63,839 bases of DNA, filler included, from Deltaproteobacteria bacterium (GCA_030698575.1; 11 parts of 11 records of this genome joined end to end with filler, not necessarily neighbours in it); one strand, 5' to 3'; positions 30,242 through 40,361 are shown, counted from the whole stretch's first letter. The notes: generated by a model from the letters alone, not told the origin. Program-made: numbers and translations.

Positions 30242-31374
30242 GCGACCCACGGCCGAACGGCGCCGGCGAGTCGCGCTGGACATTTCTGCGCGACGCCATC
30301 GACGAGCTTCAGCGCAAGCAGTCGCGAATTCCCGCGCGGTGGTTCCGCCCGATCTCGGAGTGGGCAAGTCGCCAGGAAAGTTCCGGCCTGCTCCGTTTCT
30401 GGTCGCCCGCGCCCCGGGTGCGCGAGGCCGGCGATCTCTGGCTGATCGAGGACCGCAACGTGCGGTTCGACCCCTTCTTCCTGACCTCACTCCTGCTTCA
30501 TCTGATCCTGGCGCTCCTCCTCTGGCAGGTGCTGAGCGAGTTGCCCGAGCCTGATCCCGAGAAGGAAAAGGAAGTCATCGTGCGGCTCGAGGAGCTGCTG
30601 CCCTCCGAGGCGGGACAGGCTGCGGCCGTCCCCGCGCCCGTGCCCGAGCCCGCCAAACCCGCGGCGGCCCCCAAGGCCGAGGCCAAGGCGCCCACGCCCA
30701 AGGCGACGGCTCCGAAGCCGAAGCCCAGGCCCACGCCGGTGGTGCAGAAGCCCGTGCCGGAGCCTGAGCCCGAGCCCATTCTCGCGCCCAAATCCATCAG
30801 CAAGCCCAAGGCCATCAGCACCAAGGCGCCCATCTCGCCGAGCACCCCCACGCTCTCGGAGCGCGTCGCCGACGTGCGGGCGCCCTCGGCGGGCGCCGAA
30901 GTCACGATGGGCGCGGGTGCGTCGGCCTCCGACATCGACGTCGATCGCGGCGGCGCCACGGGCGTTCGGGGGCCCGCCGGCCCCGTAGCGGTCCCCGGGG
31001 GACAGGGCGCCGGAACAGGGCGCGGCGCGAGCACCGGGCGCGGGGACGTCCAGGGCTCTCCCATGCGCAGCTTCGAAACCGACCCCGACTTCCAGGAGTA
31101 TCTGGAGAAGATCAAGAAACGCATTCAGCAGGTGTGGGCCTACCCGCCGGGCGTTGCAGGAAAGCAGACCGTAGTGCTGGTCTTCCGCCTCGACGCCAGC
31201 GCGCGCGCATACGACGTGAGCGTGCGGCGTTCGTCGAACGTGGGGCTAAACCAGAGCGCCATGGACGCCATGAAGCGCGGCTCCCCCTTCCCGCCGATCC
31301 CAGGCAAGTTCCGCGGGCTCATCGGCATCCCCCTGGCCCTGACGGTCACCGTCACCATCACGAGCACCGGATGA
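30238..31374 (+). CDS. TonB/TolA-family energy transducer
   Basis: TM motif SLLLH, Pro/Lys/Ala-rich linker, C-terminal YLEKIKKRIQQVWAYP...SPFPPIP. Confidence 0.85.
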   Translation: MSDPRPNGAGESRWTFLRDAIDELQRKQSRIPARWFRPISEWASRQESSGLLRFWSPAPRVREAGDLWLIEDRNVRFDPFFLTSLLLHLILALLLWQVLSELPEPDPEKEKEVIVRLEELLPSEAGQAAAVPAPVPEPAKPAAAPKAEAKAPTPKATAPKPKPRPTPVVQKPVPEPEPEPILAPKSISKPKAISTKAPISPSTPTLSERVADVRAPSAGAEVTMGAGASASDIDVDRGGATGVRGPAGPVAVPGGQGAGTGRGASTGRGDVQGSPMRSFETDPDFQEYLEKIKKRIQQVWAYPPGVAGKQTVVLVFRLDASARAYDVSVRRSSNVGLNQSAMDAMKRGSPFPPIPGKFRGLIGIPLALTVTVTITSTG

Positions 31375-32732
31375 CCGCCCGCGCCCTCAGCCTGCCGGCT
31401 GTCTGCCTGGCGTTTGCGCTCTCCGGCGCCGTCGCGCACGCGCAGGTGTCCGATCCGGCGGCGAAGCTCTACTACGAAAACGATCAGATCGTGCGCCAGG
31501 AGCTGGACAACGACGGCGACGGGCGCACGGACGTCTGGATCTTCTTCACCGCGGGCAAGCCGGCCCGGCAGGAGCAGGATGAGGACTACAACGGCCGCGT
31601 GGACATCTGGCACCACTATGAAGAAGGCCGCCTGGTCCGGCAGGAGGTCGACGAGAACGGCGACGGAAAGCCCGACACGGTCTACGAGCTGGATCCATCG
31701 GGCACCCTCTCGAAGAAGCTGTCGCTGAACAGCCAGGGGAAGAAGCAGCGCGTGGTCGCCTACTCGAACAACGACGCCTCGCGGCAGCAGGAAGACACCG
31801 ACGGCGACGGCGTGATGGACCGCGTGGTGATCTTCGAGGGCGGGCGCATTGCGCGTGTGGAGGATCTCGGGCTCACCGAGGGCAAGGCCAACACCTTCTC
31901 TCACTATGATCGCGCGGGGCAGCTCGAGCGCGTCGAGGGGGACAAGAACAAGGACGGACTCGTGGACATCCGGCGCTTCTTCGTGAGCGGCCGGCTCGAC
32001 CACGAGGAGATCGATTCAAATTTCGACAGCAAGACCGATCTGCGCGCCTGGTACCGCGACGAGAAGATGACGCGCCGGGAGCAGGATACCGACTTCGACG
32101 GCGGCTTCGAGACGAAGTCCTGGTACGAGGGGGACGCCCTCACGCGGAAGGAGCTCGACAAGGACGGCGACGGCCGCGCCGAAACGGTCGTGGAGTTTTC
32201 CGGCGGCAAGCCGGTGCGCGAGGTGCGCCTGACGGATGCCGGGCAGGAGACGTTGACCTTCGAGGCCGGGCAGGCGGCGCGCCGCGAGTTCGACTCGAAC
32301 AGCGACGGCCGGGTCGACGTCGTCGAGGAGATGTCCGGCGCCCGCATCACGCGAAAGCTGGAAGACACCGATCACGACGGCCGCTTCGACACGATCACCG
32401 AGTGGCCCGACGCGACGCGCGTGGTGCAGGAGACCGATTCCGACGCCGACGGCAAGCTCGACCTGCGATCGACCTTCATGGGCGGGACCCTCTCGCGCCA
32501 GGACGCCGACACCAACAAAGACGGTCAGGCCGACGTGTGGATCAGCTTCCTCGACGGCCAGAAGCACCAGCAGGAGGAAGACACCGACTTCGACGGGCGC
32601 ATCGACGCGCGTTTCACCTACGCCGGCGAGGAGATCACGAAGCAGGAGCGGGTCAACCGCGAACGCCCCGCCGCCGATCGCGCGCGCCCCTTCTCGCCGG
32701 TCCCGGCGACCAGCCGGGTGACCGGCGCGGCG
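31371..32732 (+). CDS. Secreted protein with many DxDxDG Ca-binding-like repeats, 3'-truncated
   Basis: Signal peptide; about 14 repeats of about 22 aa such as ELDNDGDGRTDVWIFF and EEDTDFDGRID. Confidence 0.82.
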
Positions 32733-32832
32733 NNNNNNNNNNNNNNNNNNNNNNNNNNNNNNNNNNNNNNNNNNNNTTAATTAATTAANNNNNNNNNNNN
32801 NNNNNNNNNNNNNNNNNNNNNNNNNNNNNNNN

Positions 32833-34918
32833 GGTCACGGTCGTCGAGACCAGCTTCGACGCCGAAACCTGGATCGAGAACAAGGAACCCATCCGCGTTC
32901 GTTTCGACCGCATGCCCGATCCCGCCGAGGGGAGAATCGCCATCTTCATCGGTGAGACCGATTTGAGCTCCCAGTTCAAGTGGAGGGGGAACGAGCTCGT
33001 GTTCGACCCGGCCGTCATCTCGCTTCCGAGCGGCGAGAAGGAGTTGATCGTCCAGTTCGTCAAGGGTGACGATTGGAAGGAGATCGCGCGCTTTCCGATC
33101 CGGGTGCTCACGCACGCAGGGTTCGAGCGGCTCGACGTCGATCCGCGGTTCGACGCCAACGTGTGGTCGCGTATCATTGCCGAACCCACGGGAGACATCG
33201 CCCGGCCGGAGAAGACCCCGAAGACCGCGGCGGATTTTGGCGTGGGTGTCGACACGGATTTCGAACGGAGCGGCGCCCAGCTCCAGACCTCCTTCAATTT
33301 TCTCGGCGTCACCGAGAAGAACGAGGCCCTCCAGTACGGCAACAAGGGAAGCGGCGCCGACCAATTCGACCTGAGCGACTATCTTGTCACTCTCCGGAAA
33401 GGTGACGGTGAATTGCAGATCGGCCACATCGTCTATGGCGATCAGCGGCACATCCTCAATCAGTTCTACAGCCGCGGCCTCATGGCCAGCTACACTTTCA
33501 AGGACAAGGTTTTTCTCTCGGTGGCTTCCATGAACGCCACGAGCATCGTGGGTTACGACAACTTCTCGGGGCTGGAGCACCTGGATCACCACATCACCGC
33601 CGGATCGATCGGGCTTCAGCTGTTCGACCGGGAGCGCATCTCGAGCCGCTTCGACACCACGCTTCTCATTGGCAAGGAAGAGCCCGAGACCGATTTCAAC
33701 GTGGGCGAGATTGCCGACAAGAAAGTGAGCCAGGGAATCGGTTTTCGCCTGAGAACCGATGCCTTTTCGGAGCGCATCCGGACGGATATCGGCTTCGCAC
33801 GGAGCAGTTTCGAGAACCCCTTTGATAACGATTTGTCCTCCGGCGAGGTGATCGGAAAGAGCAAGCGGAGCACCGACAACGCCTATTACGGAGAGGCCTC
33901 CGTCGAGCTTCTCCGCCAGCGTGAATTCTGGAAAGGCCGCAGCGCGTCGCTGACCACCACCTACCGCCACGAGATGGTCGACCCGCTGTATCAGAGCCTT
34001 GGGGCGTACACCCAGGCCGATCTGCAGCTCAACGAAGCGGTGATGGATCTCGAACTCGCGGGCGTGAGCGGCCAGTTCATGCACACCTGGATGGAAGACA
34101 ACGTCGACGACATCCCCACGCTGCTCAAGACGAAGACGCGCGACGCGCGGTTCAATGTGAACGTGCCTGTGGGGCAGCTCTGGGACGGCCGGGGGTCCGG
34201 CGGATGGTGGTGGCCGAACGTGAGCTACTCCTGGAACCGCGTGCACCAGTTCGGAGCGAACATGCCGCGGATGGCCGGATACGGGCCGGGCAGTTTCGGA
34301 ACGCTGGATCCGAGTGTGGGCTTGCCGGCGATCGTCGTTTCCGCCGACGACATTCCCAACCTGGTGAGCACGCTGCAGAACGTCCTGGTTTCCTTTACCC
34401 ATGAGCGCTGGAGCGCCGAGTACAGCTACTCGCACTCGGACGAGGACACCCGCAACGGCAGCGCGAGCAACGCCGATTTCGTGACGGGAACGCACAGCAT
34501 CTCCGGCACGGTCCGGCCGGTGGATGACGTGTCGGTGACGGCGGGCTACGAGCGGACTCGGGTCAAGGACGAGATGGCGTCGGTGAATAGCTACACGCGA
34601 AGCTACAACTTGGGCTTCGAGTACGAGTTCTTTCCCGAGTGGACGCTTCTGGGCAACTACACCACCACGAGGAATTCGGACGGCAGCGGCGGCGCCAAGA
34701 GCGGTGACGTCAACCTGGAGACGGAGCTGGCGAGGCGGTTCGAACTGCCCGGGCTGCGGGGCAGGAAGCATCCCGGCCGGATCTACGTGCGCCACTTCTG
34801 GCAGTCGACGAGCGCGCGCGACCCGCTTCTTCTGGTGACGGAAGCCTTGTCGCCTGACCCCTCGCAGTCGGGGCACCTCTGGATCCTGAGCGCCGGCATG
34901 AGCATCAGCTTTTTCTGA
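32833..34918 (+). CDS. Probable outer-membrane beta-barrel protein, 5'-truncated
   Basis: Alternating amphipathic strands; C-terminal ..SAGMSISFF. Confidence 0.7.
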
Positions 34919-34930
34919 GGAAGAAACCGC

Positions 34931-36211
34931 ATGAAGACGATCAAGCGCACCTCTGTTCTGGTACTGGGCGTTCTCCTGGGCATGCTGTTCCACGGGGCGC
35001 CGGTCCATGCGCTCAGCGTGAGCCCGAACGTCGTGAACGTCCGCGCGCAGGGGCCCACGACGGTTTTCCTGACCTACCGGAACCTGTTCAGTTTCGACGT
35101 CTTCAGGTACGTGCCGATCGAGGCGTTCTGGTGCGGGGAGCTCAACCCCGACAACTCCTGCGCGCCCGGGACCATCTTCGCGCGCGCGCCGATGAGAAGT
35201 CAGATTTCGACGATGAGCGCCGGCGACGACAACTTCACCGAAGTGGTGACCTTTCCGAGTTCGGTCACGCGCCAGGCTTACCAGCGGGCCCAGGCAGGCG
35301 GGCCTTCCCGCTTCTTCTACGTGCGCCTGTTTCGCGACACCCTCGGCTCGCCGAACGACGTATTTGTTCCCGTGCTCGTGCGCCTTGCCTCGGGCGGGGC
35401 GGGCGTGCCGCTCTCGCTGTTCGAGGTGCGCCTCCGGTGGAAGAAAGACAAGCCGGTTCTCGCCATCCCGCGGGGCGCAGCGCCGCCCCCGTTCGGCGCC
35501 GAGATCCGTTACGACGGCTCCGGGCGCCTCAAGGGGCGCTGGGAGATCGTCGTGCCTGGCGACTCACAGCCGCGCATGTTCGATCTGCTTCCCGAGGCCA
35601 ACCTCCCCGTGGAGGATCGGATCAAGCAGCGGCGCTATACCCGGATTGAGCGCTTCGACCGGGTTCTTCCCCCGACGGGAAAGCTCTATCTCCCGGGTCC
35701 CGACCCGAAGAACATTCCGATCAACTCCGACGGGCTTCATCTGATCCTGCTTCGGATCGAGGCGACCCAGGACAAGGTGGGCAGCTCGAACATCACCGAG
35801 TCGAATGTACCGGGCGCGACGGTGTTGACGGGCGGCACCTCGGGCTTCCCGCTGCCGGTCCTTCGCTTCATCGTGGGTTCGGGCGCCGATCCGAAGCTCA
35901 TGGCCGCGCTGACGGCCGGCGAGCTGTCACTCCTCGAACCGAAGGATCACGCGAAGCTCGGGCCGGGCGATCCGCTGACCTTCACCTGGGACGAGGTCGA
36001 GAGCGCCCTGATCTACAAGCTCGTCGTCGAGCAAGGCGAGGACGAGGAGGTGCTCACCGCGATGATGAACCCCGGCGTGGCGAGCTACACCGCGCCGCCG
36101 TCGCTCCGCGAGCACGCCGGCGAGAGGCTGCGCTGGCGCGTCGAGGCGCTCGGGGACGAGGGTATTCCCATCGCGACCTCCGACTGGCGCAAGTTCCGCA
36201 TCGAGAAGTGA
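34931..36211 (+). CDS. Secreted hypothetical protein with C-terminal Fn3/Ig-like domain
   Basis: Signal peptide AHA-like site; C-terminal LTFTW...Y...WRVEA pattern. Confidence 0.7.
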   Translation: MKTIKRTSVLVLGVLLGMLFHGAPVHALSVSPNVVNVRAQGPTTVFLTYRNLFSFDVFRYVPIEAFWCGELNPDNSCAPGTIFARAPMRSQISTMSAGDDNFTEVVTFPSSVTRQAYQRAQAGGPSRFFYVRLFRDTLGSPNDVFVPVLVRLASGGAGVPLSLFEVRLRWKKDKPVLAIPRGAAPPPFGAEIRYDGSGRLKGRWEIVVPGDSQPRMFDLLPEANLPVEDRIKQRRYTRIERFDRVLPPTGKLYLPGPDPKNIPINSDGLHLILLRIEATQDKVGSSNITESNVPGATVLTGGTSGFPLPVLRFIVGSGADPKLMAALTAGELSLLEPKDHAKLGPGDPLTFTWDEVESALIYKLVVEQGEDEEVLTAMMNPGVASYTAPPSLREHAGERLRWRVEALGDEGIPIATSDWRKFRIEK

Positions 36212-36215
36212 TCAA

Positions 36216-36276
36216 ATTCATGGGGTCAGGTCTTGAATACGACGGGCGGTCAAATTCAAGACCTGACCCCGTGAAT
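36216..36276. repeat. Long inverted repeat GGGGTCAGGTCTTGAAT / ATTCAAGACCTGACCCC
   Basis: 17-bp perfect arms at 36222-36238 and 36254-36270. Confidence 0.85.
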
Positions 36277-36622
36277 ATTACCGGCGCGCGCCGCGTCATG
36301 AAGTCGCTCAACCACGCCGCCGATGGGTTCCGGCCTTGGCCTCCCATCACTCCATAAGTGGGACAGTCCCTGTTATTAGTCGGGACGGCCGCTGTTTCTT
36401 TCGGTTCTTCCCTAGCGGACGACCATCGGTCTCGATTCGCCCCGCGGGGGGCCACGCCCCCCCGGATAAAACGCCACTGTAATCCGGCGGTTCCCGGCAG
36501 CCCTACAAACTTCCATGTCAAGAGGCGTAGTATGGGCGGGCGGCGGATCGTTTCGCGGGCTTCCGCGTGTCCGGCCTGTTTTCCTTTTGCAGTAGCCCCC
36601 TTGTGAGAGGAGCAAGAAGCGG

Positions 36623-37195
36623 ATGAAAACTTTGCTCGGTGCGATCCTGGCTATCGGATTGCTCTTGACCGTAGCGCCGCGCGGCGCCTGGGCCGTCGAC
36701 GGCACGATCACCGCCCTCAGTTTCAGCCCCGCCACAGGGACCCCCAACCAGAACGTCACCATCACGGTCCAGGGAACGCTGAAGTGCAAGAAGCTCAACG
36801 TCAACTTCGGTGACAACAGCCCCGTTGTCACGCTCGACAACGCCGACTTCGAGAACAACAACCAGGCCGATAACAGCGCCACCCATGTCTACACGAGCGC
36901 GGGGAGTTACACCGTCACCGCCACGGCCGTCGAGCAGTGCACGGGCGCGGCGCAGAAGATCTTTACAGTCACTGCAGGCGGTGCGGGGACGGGCATGATA
37001 CAGCCCGGCCTGGCGGAAAATCTCTGCAAGATCCTCGACAACTGTCCCAAGTTTCAGATCGGGAAGGCCATGGGGCAGACCCTGATGGTGTTCCCCAGGA
37101 TCGAGGCGCTATTCCCCTTTTCGGTGCCCGAACCGGGCGGAGACATCCTGGTGTTCGGCAAGAATTTCGGAAACGCCCCCGGCGAGCTGCATCTT
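36623..37195 (+). CDS. Secreted PKD-domain protein with start of an IPT/TIG domain, 3'-truncated
   Basis: Signal peptide AWA; NFGD...THVYTSAGSYTVTAT; PGGDILVFGKNFG. Confidence 0.75.
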
Positions 37196-37295
37196 NNNNN
37201 NNNNNNNNNNNNNNNNNNNNNNNNNNNNNNNNNNNNNNNTTAATTAATTAANNNNNNNNNNNNNNNNNNNNNNNNNNNNNNNNNNNNNNNNNNNN

Positions 37296-37428
37296 GCTCT
37301 TGGGAATCCCCTCATGCCGCTCGGACGGCGAAGAGATGACTCTGGCAAGACCAGATCCCAGGCGAAACCCAGGAACGGCACCGAAGAAGACAAGGGCGAG
37401 CCCTTGCATCCCGGCGCGCTTTCAGAGA
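37296..37428 (+). mobile_element. 133-bp non-coding end of a multicopy element (probable IS110/IS1111 right end), copy 1
   Basis: Identical to 41594-41726; outward TTGCAT 19 nt from the end; abuts a truncated REP copy; structured. Confidence 0.65.
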
Positions 37429-37597
37429 TGCGAGGAGCGAAGCGACGAAGCAATCCCCTCCATGGCCGCATCTTTAGTTCCGGAGGGTGGCAAGCGCGAA
37501 GGGGATTGCTTCGGCACACCCCTGCGGGGCGTGCCTCGCAATGACATGCGAGTCCTTCCCGCGGGACCAGAGGCCACCCTCCTCGCAATGACACGCG
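37429..37597. repeat. Cluster of REP-like repeats (one 5'-truncated by the element, one inverted partner, one partial)
   Basis: TGCGAGG...GAAGCAATCCCC; GGGGATTGCTTCG...CTCGCAATGACATGCG; CCTCCTCGCAATGACACGCG. Confidence 0.85.
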
Positions 37598-37647
37598 GCT
37601 GATTTCCGCGCGAACAGACCGACTAGCGCACGAGGTTGATTTCTCAA

Positions 37648-38433
37648 ATGGACGAATCACAGGACATCCTGAAGCTGGGAAAACACACGTTCCGATCGCG
37701 GCTCATTGTTGGTTCCGGAAAGTATCCGTCGCTCGACGTGCAGCGCGCGGCCATCGAGGCGTCGGGGGCGGATCTCGTCACCGTGGCCATCCGGCGCGTG
37801 GATCTCCGCGCGCAGGGCGAGGGGAGCTTCATGGCGAGCCTCGATCTGTCGCGCACGCGGCTCCTGCCCAACACCGCGGGCTGCTACACCGTGGACGAGG
37901 CTGTCACGACCGCGCGTCTGGCGCGGGAGCTTTGCGGGACCGATCTGATCAAGCTCGAGGTGATCGGCGACGAGCGCACGCTTTTCCCCGACGCCGAGGC
38001 GCTCCTCCGCGCGGCGGAGATTCTCCTCGGTGAGGGATTCACCGTCCTTCCCTATTCGAATGACGATCCGATCCTGAACCGGAAGCTTGCCGACCTCGGC
38101 TGCCCCGCCGTGATGCCGCTCGGGGCCCCGATCGGCTCAGGGCTGGGCGTGCGCAACCCGACCAACATCCGGATCATCCTCGAAACCGTCGGCGTGCCCG
38201 TGATCCTCGACGCGGGCGTCGGGACCGCATCCGACGCGGCCATTGCCATGGAGCTCGGCTGCTCGGCCGTCCTGATGAACACGGGCATCGCCGGGGCGAA
38301 GGATCCGGTGCAGATGGCGACGGCGATGAAACACGCAGTGATCGCCGGCAGGCTGGCTTACGAAGCAGGACGCATCGAGAAGAAGCTCTACGCCACCGCA
38401 TCGAGCCCGCTCGATCAACGGATCGAGGTCTGA
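37648..38433 (+). CDS. thiG: Thiazole synthase
   Basis: [52 protein letters not shown]. Confidence 0.97.
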   Translation: MDESQDILKLGKHTFRSRLIVGSGKYPSLDVQRAAIEASGADLVTVAIRRVDLRAQGEGSFMASLDLSRTRLLPNTAGCYTVDEAVTTARLARELCGTDLIKLEVIGDERTLFPDAEALLRAAEILLGEGFTVLPYSNDDPILNRKLADLGCPAVMPLGAPIGSGLGVRNPTNIRIILETVGVPVILDAGVGTASDAAIAMELGCSAVLMNTGIAGAKDPVQMATAMKHAVIAGRLAYEAGRIEKKLYATASSPLDQRIEV

Positions 38434-38441
38434 GGCCGCGC

Positions 38442-39077
38442 GTGGCCGGCGCGATGGGCGGCGTGTACTTCATCACCGACCGGCGCCGGAGCATGGGGCG
38501 GCCGGTGGCCCAGCTGGCCGCGGAAGCAGCGGCCGCGGGCGTCGGGCTCATCCAGGTTCGGGAAAAAGATCTCCCGACGCGCGCCCTCCTGGAACTCCTG
38601 CGAGAGGTGCAGGCAAGTGCCGGGGGCGCGGAGATCCTCGTGAACGACCGCGTGGATCTGGCGCTGGCCGCGGGCTGCGCGGGGGTTCACCTGGGCGCCA
38701 CGACGCTTCCGGTCGCGGCGGCGCGGAAGATCGCGCCGGGGCTTTGCATCGGTTACTCCGCTCACGCCCTCGACGAGGCGCGGCGGGCCGAGGCCGACGG
38801 GGCCGACTTCGTGACCTTCAGCCCGATCTTCAAGACCGACTCGAGCGGCGCGACAAATCTTGCGCCCCAGGGGGTCGGGAAACTGGCCGAGGTCTGCAGA
38901 GCGCTCGGCATTCCGGTTTACGCCCTCGGAGGCGTGACCGCCGGGCGCGTCCCGACGCTGATCGATGCAGGCGCTGCGGGAGTGGCGGTTGTCTCGGCGA
39001 TCACCGAGGCGCCGGACGCCGCGACCGCGGCCCGAAAGCTGGTTGAACTTGCGCGCGGGGCGTCCCCGCGGGAGTGA
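38442..39077 (+). CDS. thiE: Thiamine phosphate synthase (ThiE/TenI family)
   Basis: YFITD, IQVREK, VNDRVDLA, GVHLG, SAH, SPIF.T.S, YALGG; TenI not excluded. Confidence 0.8.
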   Translation: MAGAMGGVYFITDRRRSMGRPVAQLAAEAAAAGVGLIQVREKDLPTRALLELLREVQASAGGAEILVNDRVDLALAAGCAGVHLGATTLPVAAARKIAPGLCIGYSAHALDEARRAEADGADFVTFSPIFKTDSSGATNLAPQGVGKLAEVCRALGIPVYALGGVTAGRVPTLIDAGAAGVAVVSAITEAPDAATAARKLVELARGASPRE

Positions 39078-39081
39078 ACGC

Positions 39082-40353
39082 ATGAACGGACCGACGAAGG
39101 CCACGCGCATCACGCACCCCGACGTCCACGACGCCGCGTTCCTCTCACGCATTGATCCGGAGGTGGCGCGCATCCTTGATCACTCGCTCGCGGGCGGCGA
39201 GATCGCCGAAGCCGACGCCACGACGCTGTTTGACACCGAGGGCGCGGAGATGTCGGCGCTCCTGGCGGTCGCGGATCACCACCGGCGGGACGCCAACGGC
39301 GATCTCGTCACCTTCGTGTTCAACCGCAACATCAACTTCACGAATCGCTGCTTCGTCGGCTGCCAGTTCTGCAACTTCAAGGTCCGCGACGCGAGCCCGA
39401 AAGCCTACTATCAGGATATCGAGGCGGTCGCCCTCCGGGCCGACGAAGCGGTCGAGCGCGGCGCCACCGAGGTGTGCATCCAGGCGGGCCTCAACAAGGA
39501 TCTCCCCGGCAACCACTACGAGGCCGTGCTGCGGGCGATCAGGTCGCGCCACCCCTCTCTCCACATCCACGCCTACTCACCCATGGAAATTCATTACGGC
39601 GCGAAGCGCACCGGCAGAAACGTTCGCGATCATCTCCTGGCACTGAAGGACGCCGGGCTCGACACCATCCCCGGCACGGCCGCGGAGATCCTGGTCGACG
39701 AGGTGCGCAAGCGCATGTCGCCCTACAAACTCACTGTGGACGAGTGGGTCAACGTCGTCACAGCCGCGCACGAGGCGGGAATTCCCTCGACGTCCACCAT
39801 CATGTTCGGCCACATCGAGGAGCGGTGGCACTGGTCGCGCCACCTGTCGGTCATCCGGGATCTTCAGAAGCGGACCGGCGGCATCACCGAGTTCGTCCCC
39901 CTCGCCTTCGTTCACACGCTCACACCTCTCTATCTCGCCGGCGGCTGCCGGCCCGGGCCCACGGCGGAAGAGAAGATCAAGATGTACGCTGTGAGCCGGC
40001 TGTTCCTGCGAGGCTGGATCGACAACATCCAGGTCTCCTGGCCCAAGCTCGGGCACGCGCTCGCACAGACCTGCCTCGACGCAGGCGCGAACGATTTCGG
40101 CGGAACGCTGATGGAGGAGTCGATCTCGCGCATGGCCGGCGCCGTTCACGGGCAGTACGTGAGCCCGGATGCGTTCCGTGAGATGATCTACGGGATGGGG
40201 CGTCTGCCGGCCCAGCGGAGCACGCTCTACCGGCTGCTGCGCATCTTCCCCAAAGCGGGGCAGCCCCCGATCGTGCCCGACGAACTCCGTATTCCCTCGA
40301 CCGCCGGCGCGCCGGCCATCGACGAGATGGCTTTCTCGGAGGCGGCGGCGTGA
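39082..40353 (+). CDS. cofH: FO synthase subunit CofH (radical SAM)
   Basis: NRNINFTN, CFVGCQFC, IPGTAAEIL, NIQVSWPKLG, GANDFGGTLMEESISRMAGA. Confidence 0.85.
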   Translation: MNGPTKATRITHPDVHDAAFLSRIDPEVARILDHSLAGGEIAEADATTLFDTEGAEMSALLAVADHHRRDANGDLVTFVFNRNINFTNRCFVGCQFCNFKVRDASPKAYYQDIEAVALRADEAVERGATEVCIQAGLNKDLPGNHYEAVLRAIRSRHPSLHIHAYSPMEIHYGAKRTGRNVRDHLLALKDAGLDTIPGTAAEILVDEVRKRMSPYKLTVDEWVNVVTAAHEAGIPSTSTIMFGHIEERWHWSRHLSVIRDLQKRTGGITEFVPLAFVHTLTPLYLAGGCRPGPTAEEKIKMYAVSRLFLRGWIDNIQVSWPKLGHALAQTCLDAGANDFGGTLMEESISRMAGAVHGQYVSPDAFREMIYGMGRLPAQRSTLYRLLRIFPKAGQPPIVPDELRIPSTAGAPAIDEMAFSEAAA

Positions 40354-40361
40354 AGTTTTGG

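Noticed and set aside
32777-35008. Long antisense ORFs (743 aa here; also 2870-4567, 18621-20456, 48992-50704)
   Set aside because: Shadow ORFs typical of high-GC coding DNA, with no motifs.
36400-36620. c-di-GMP or other riboswitch upstream of the PKD gene
   Set aside because: Required conserved motifs were not found on either strand.
37296-37428. Group II intron 3' end
   Set aside because: No domain V (GAGCCG...ACGG) or domain VI consensus.
37560-37647. TPP riboswitch upstream of thiG
   Set aside because: No CTGAGA or CCTGA core motifs; the region is occupied by REP copies.
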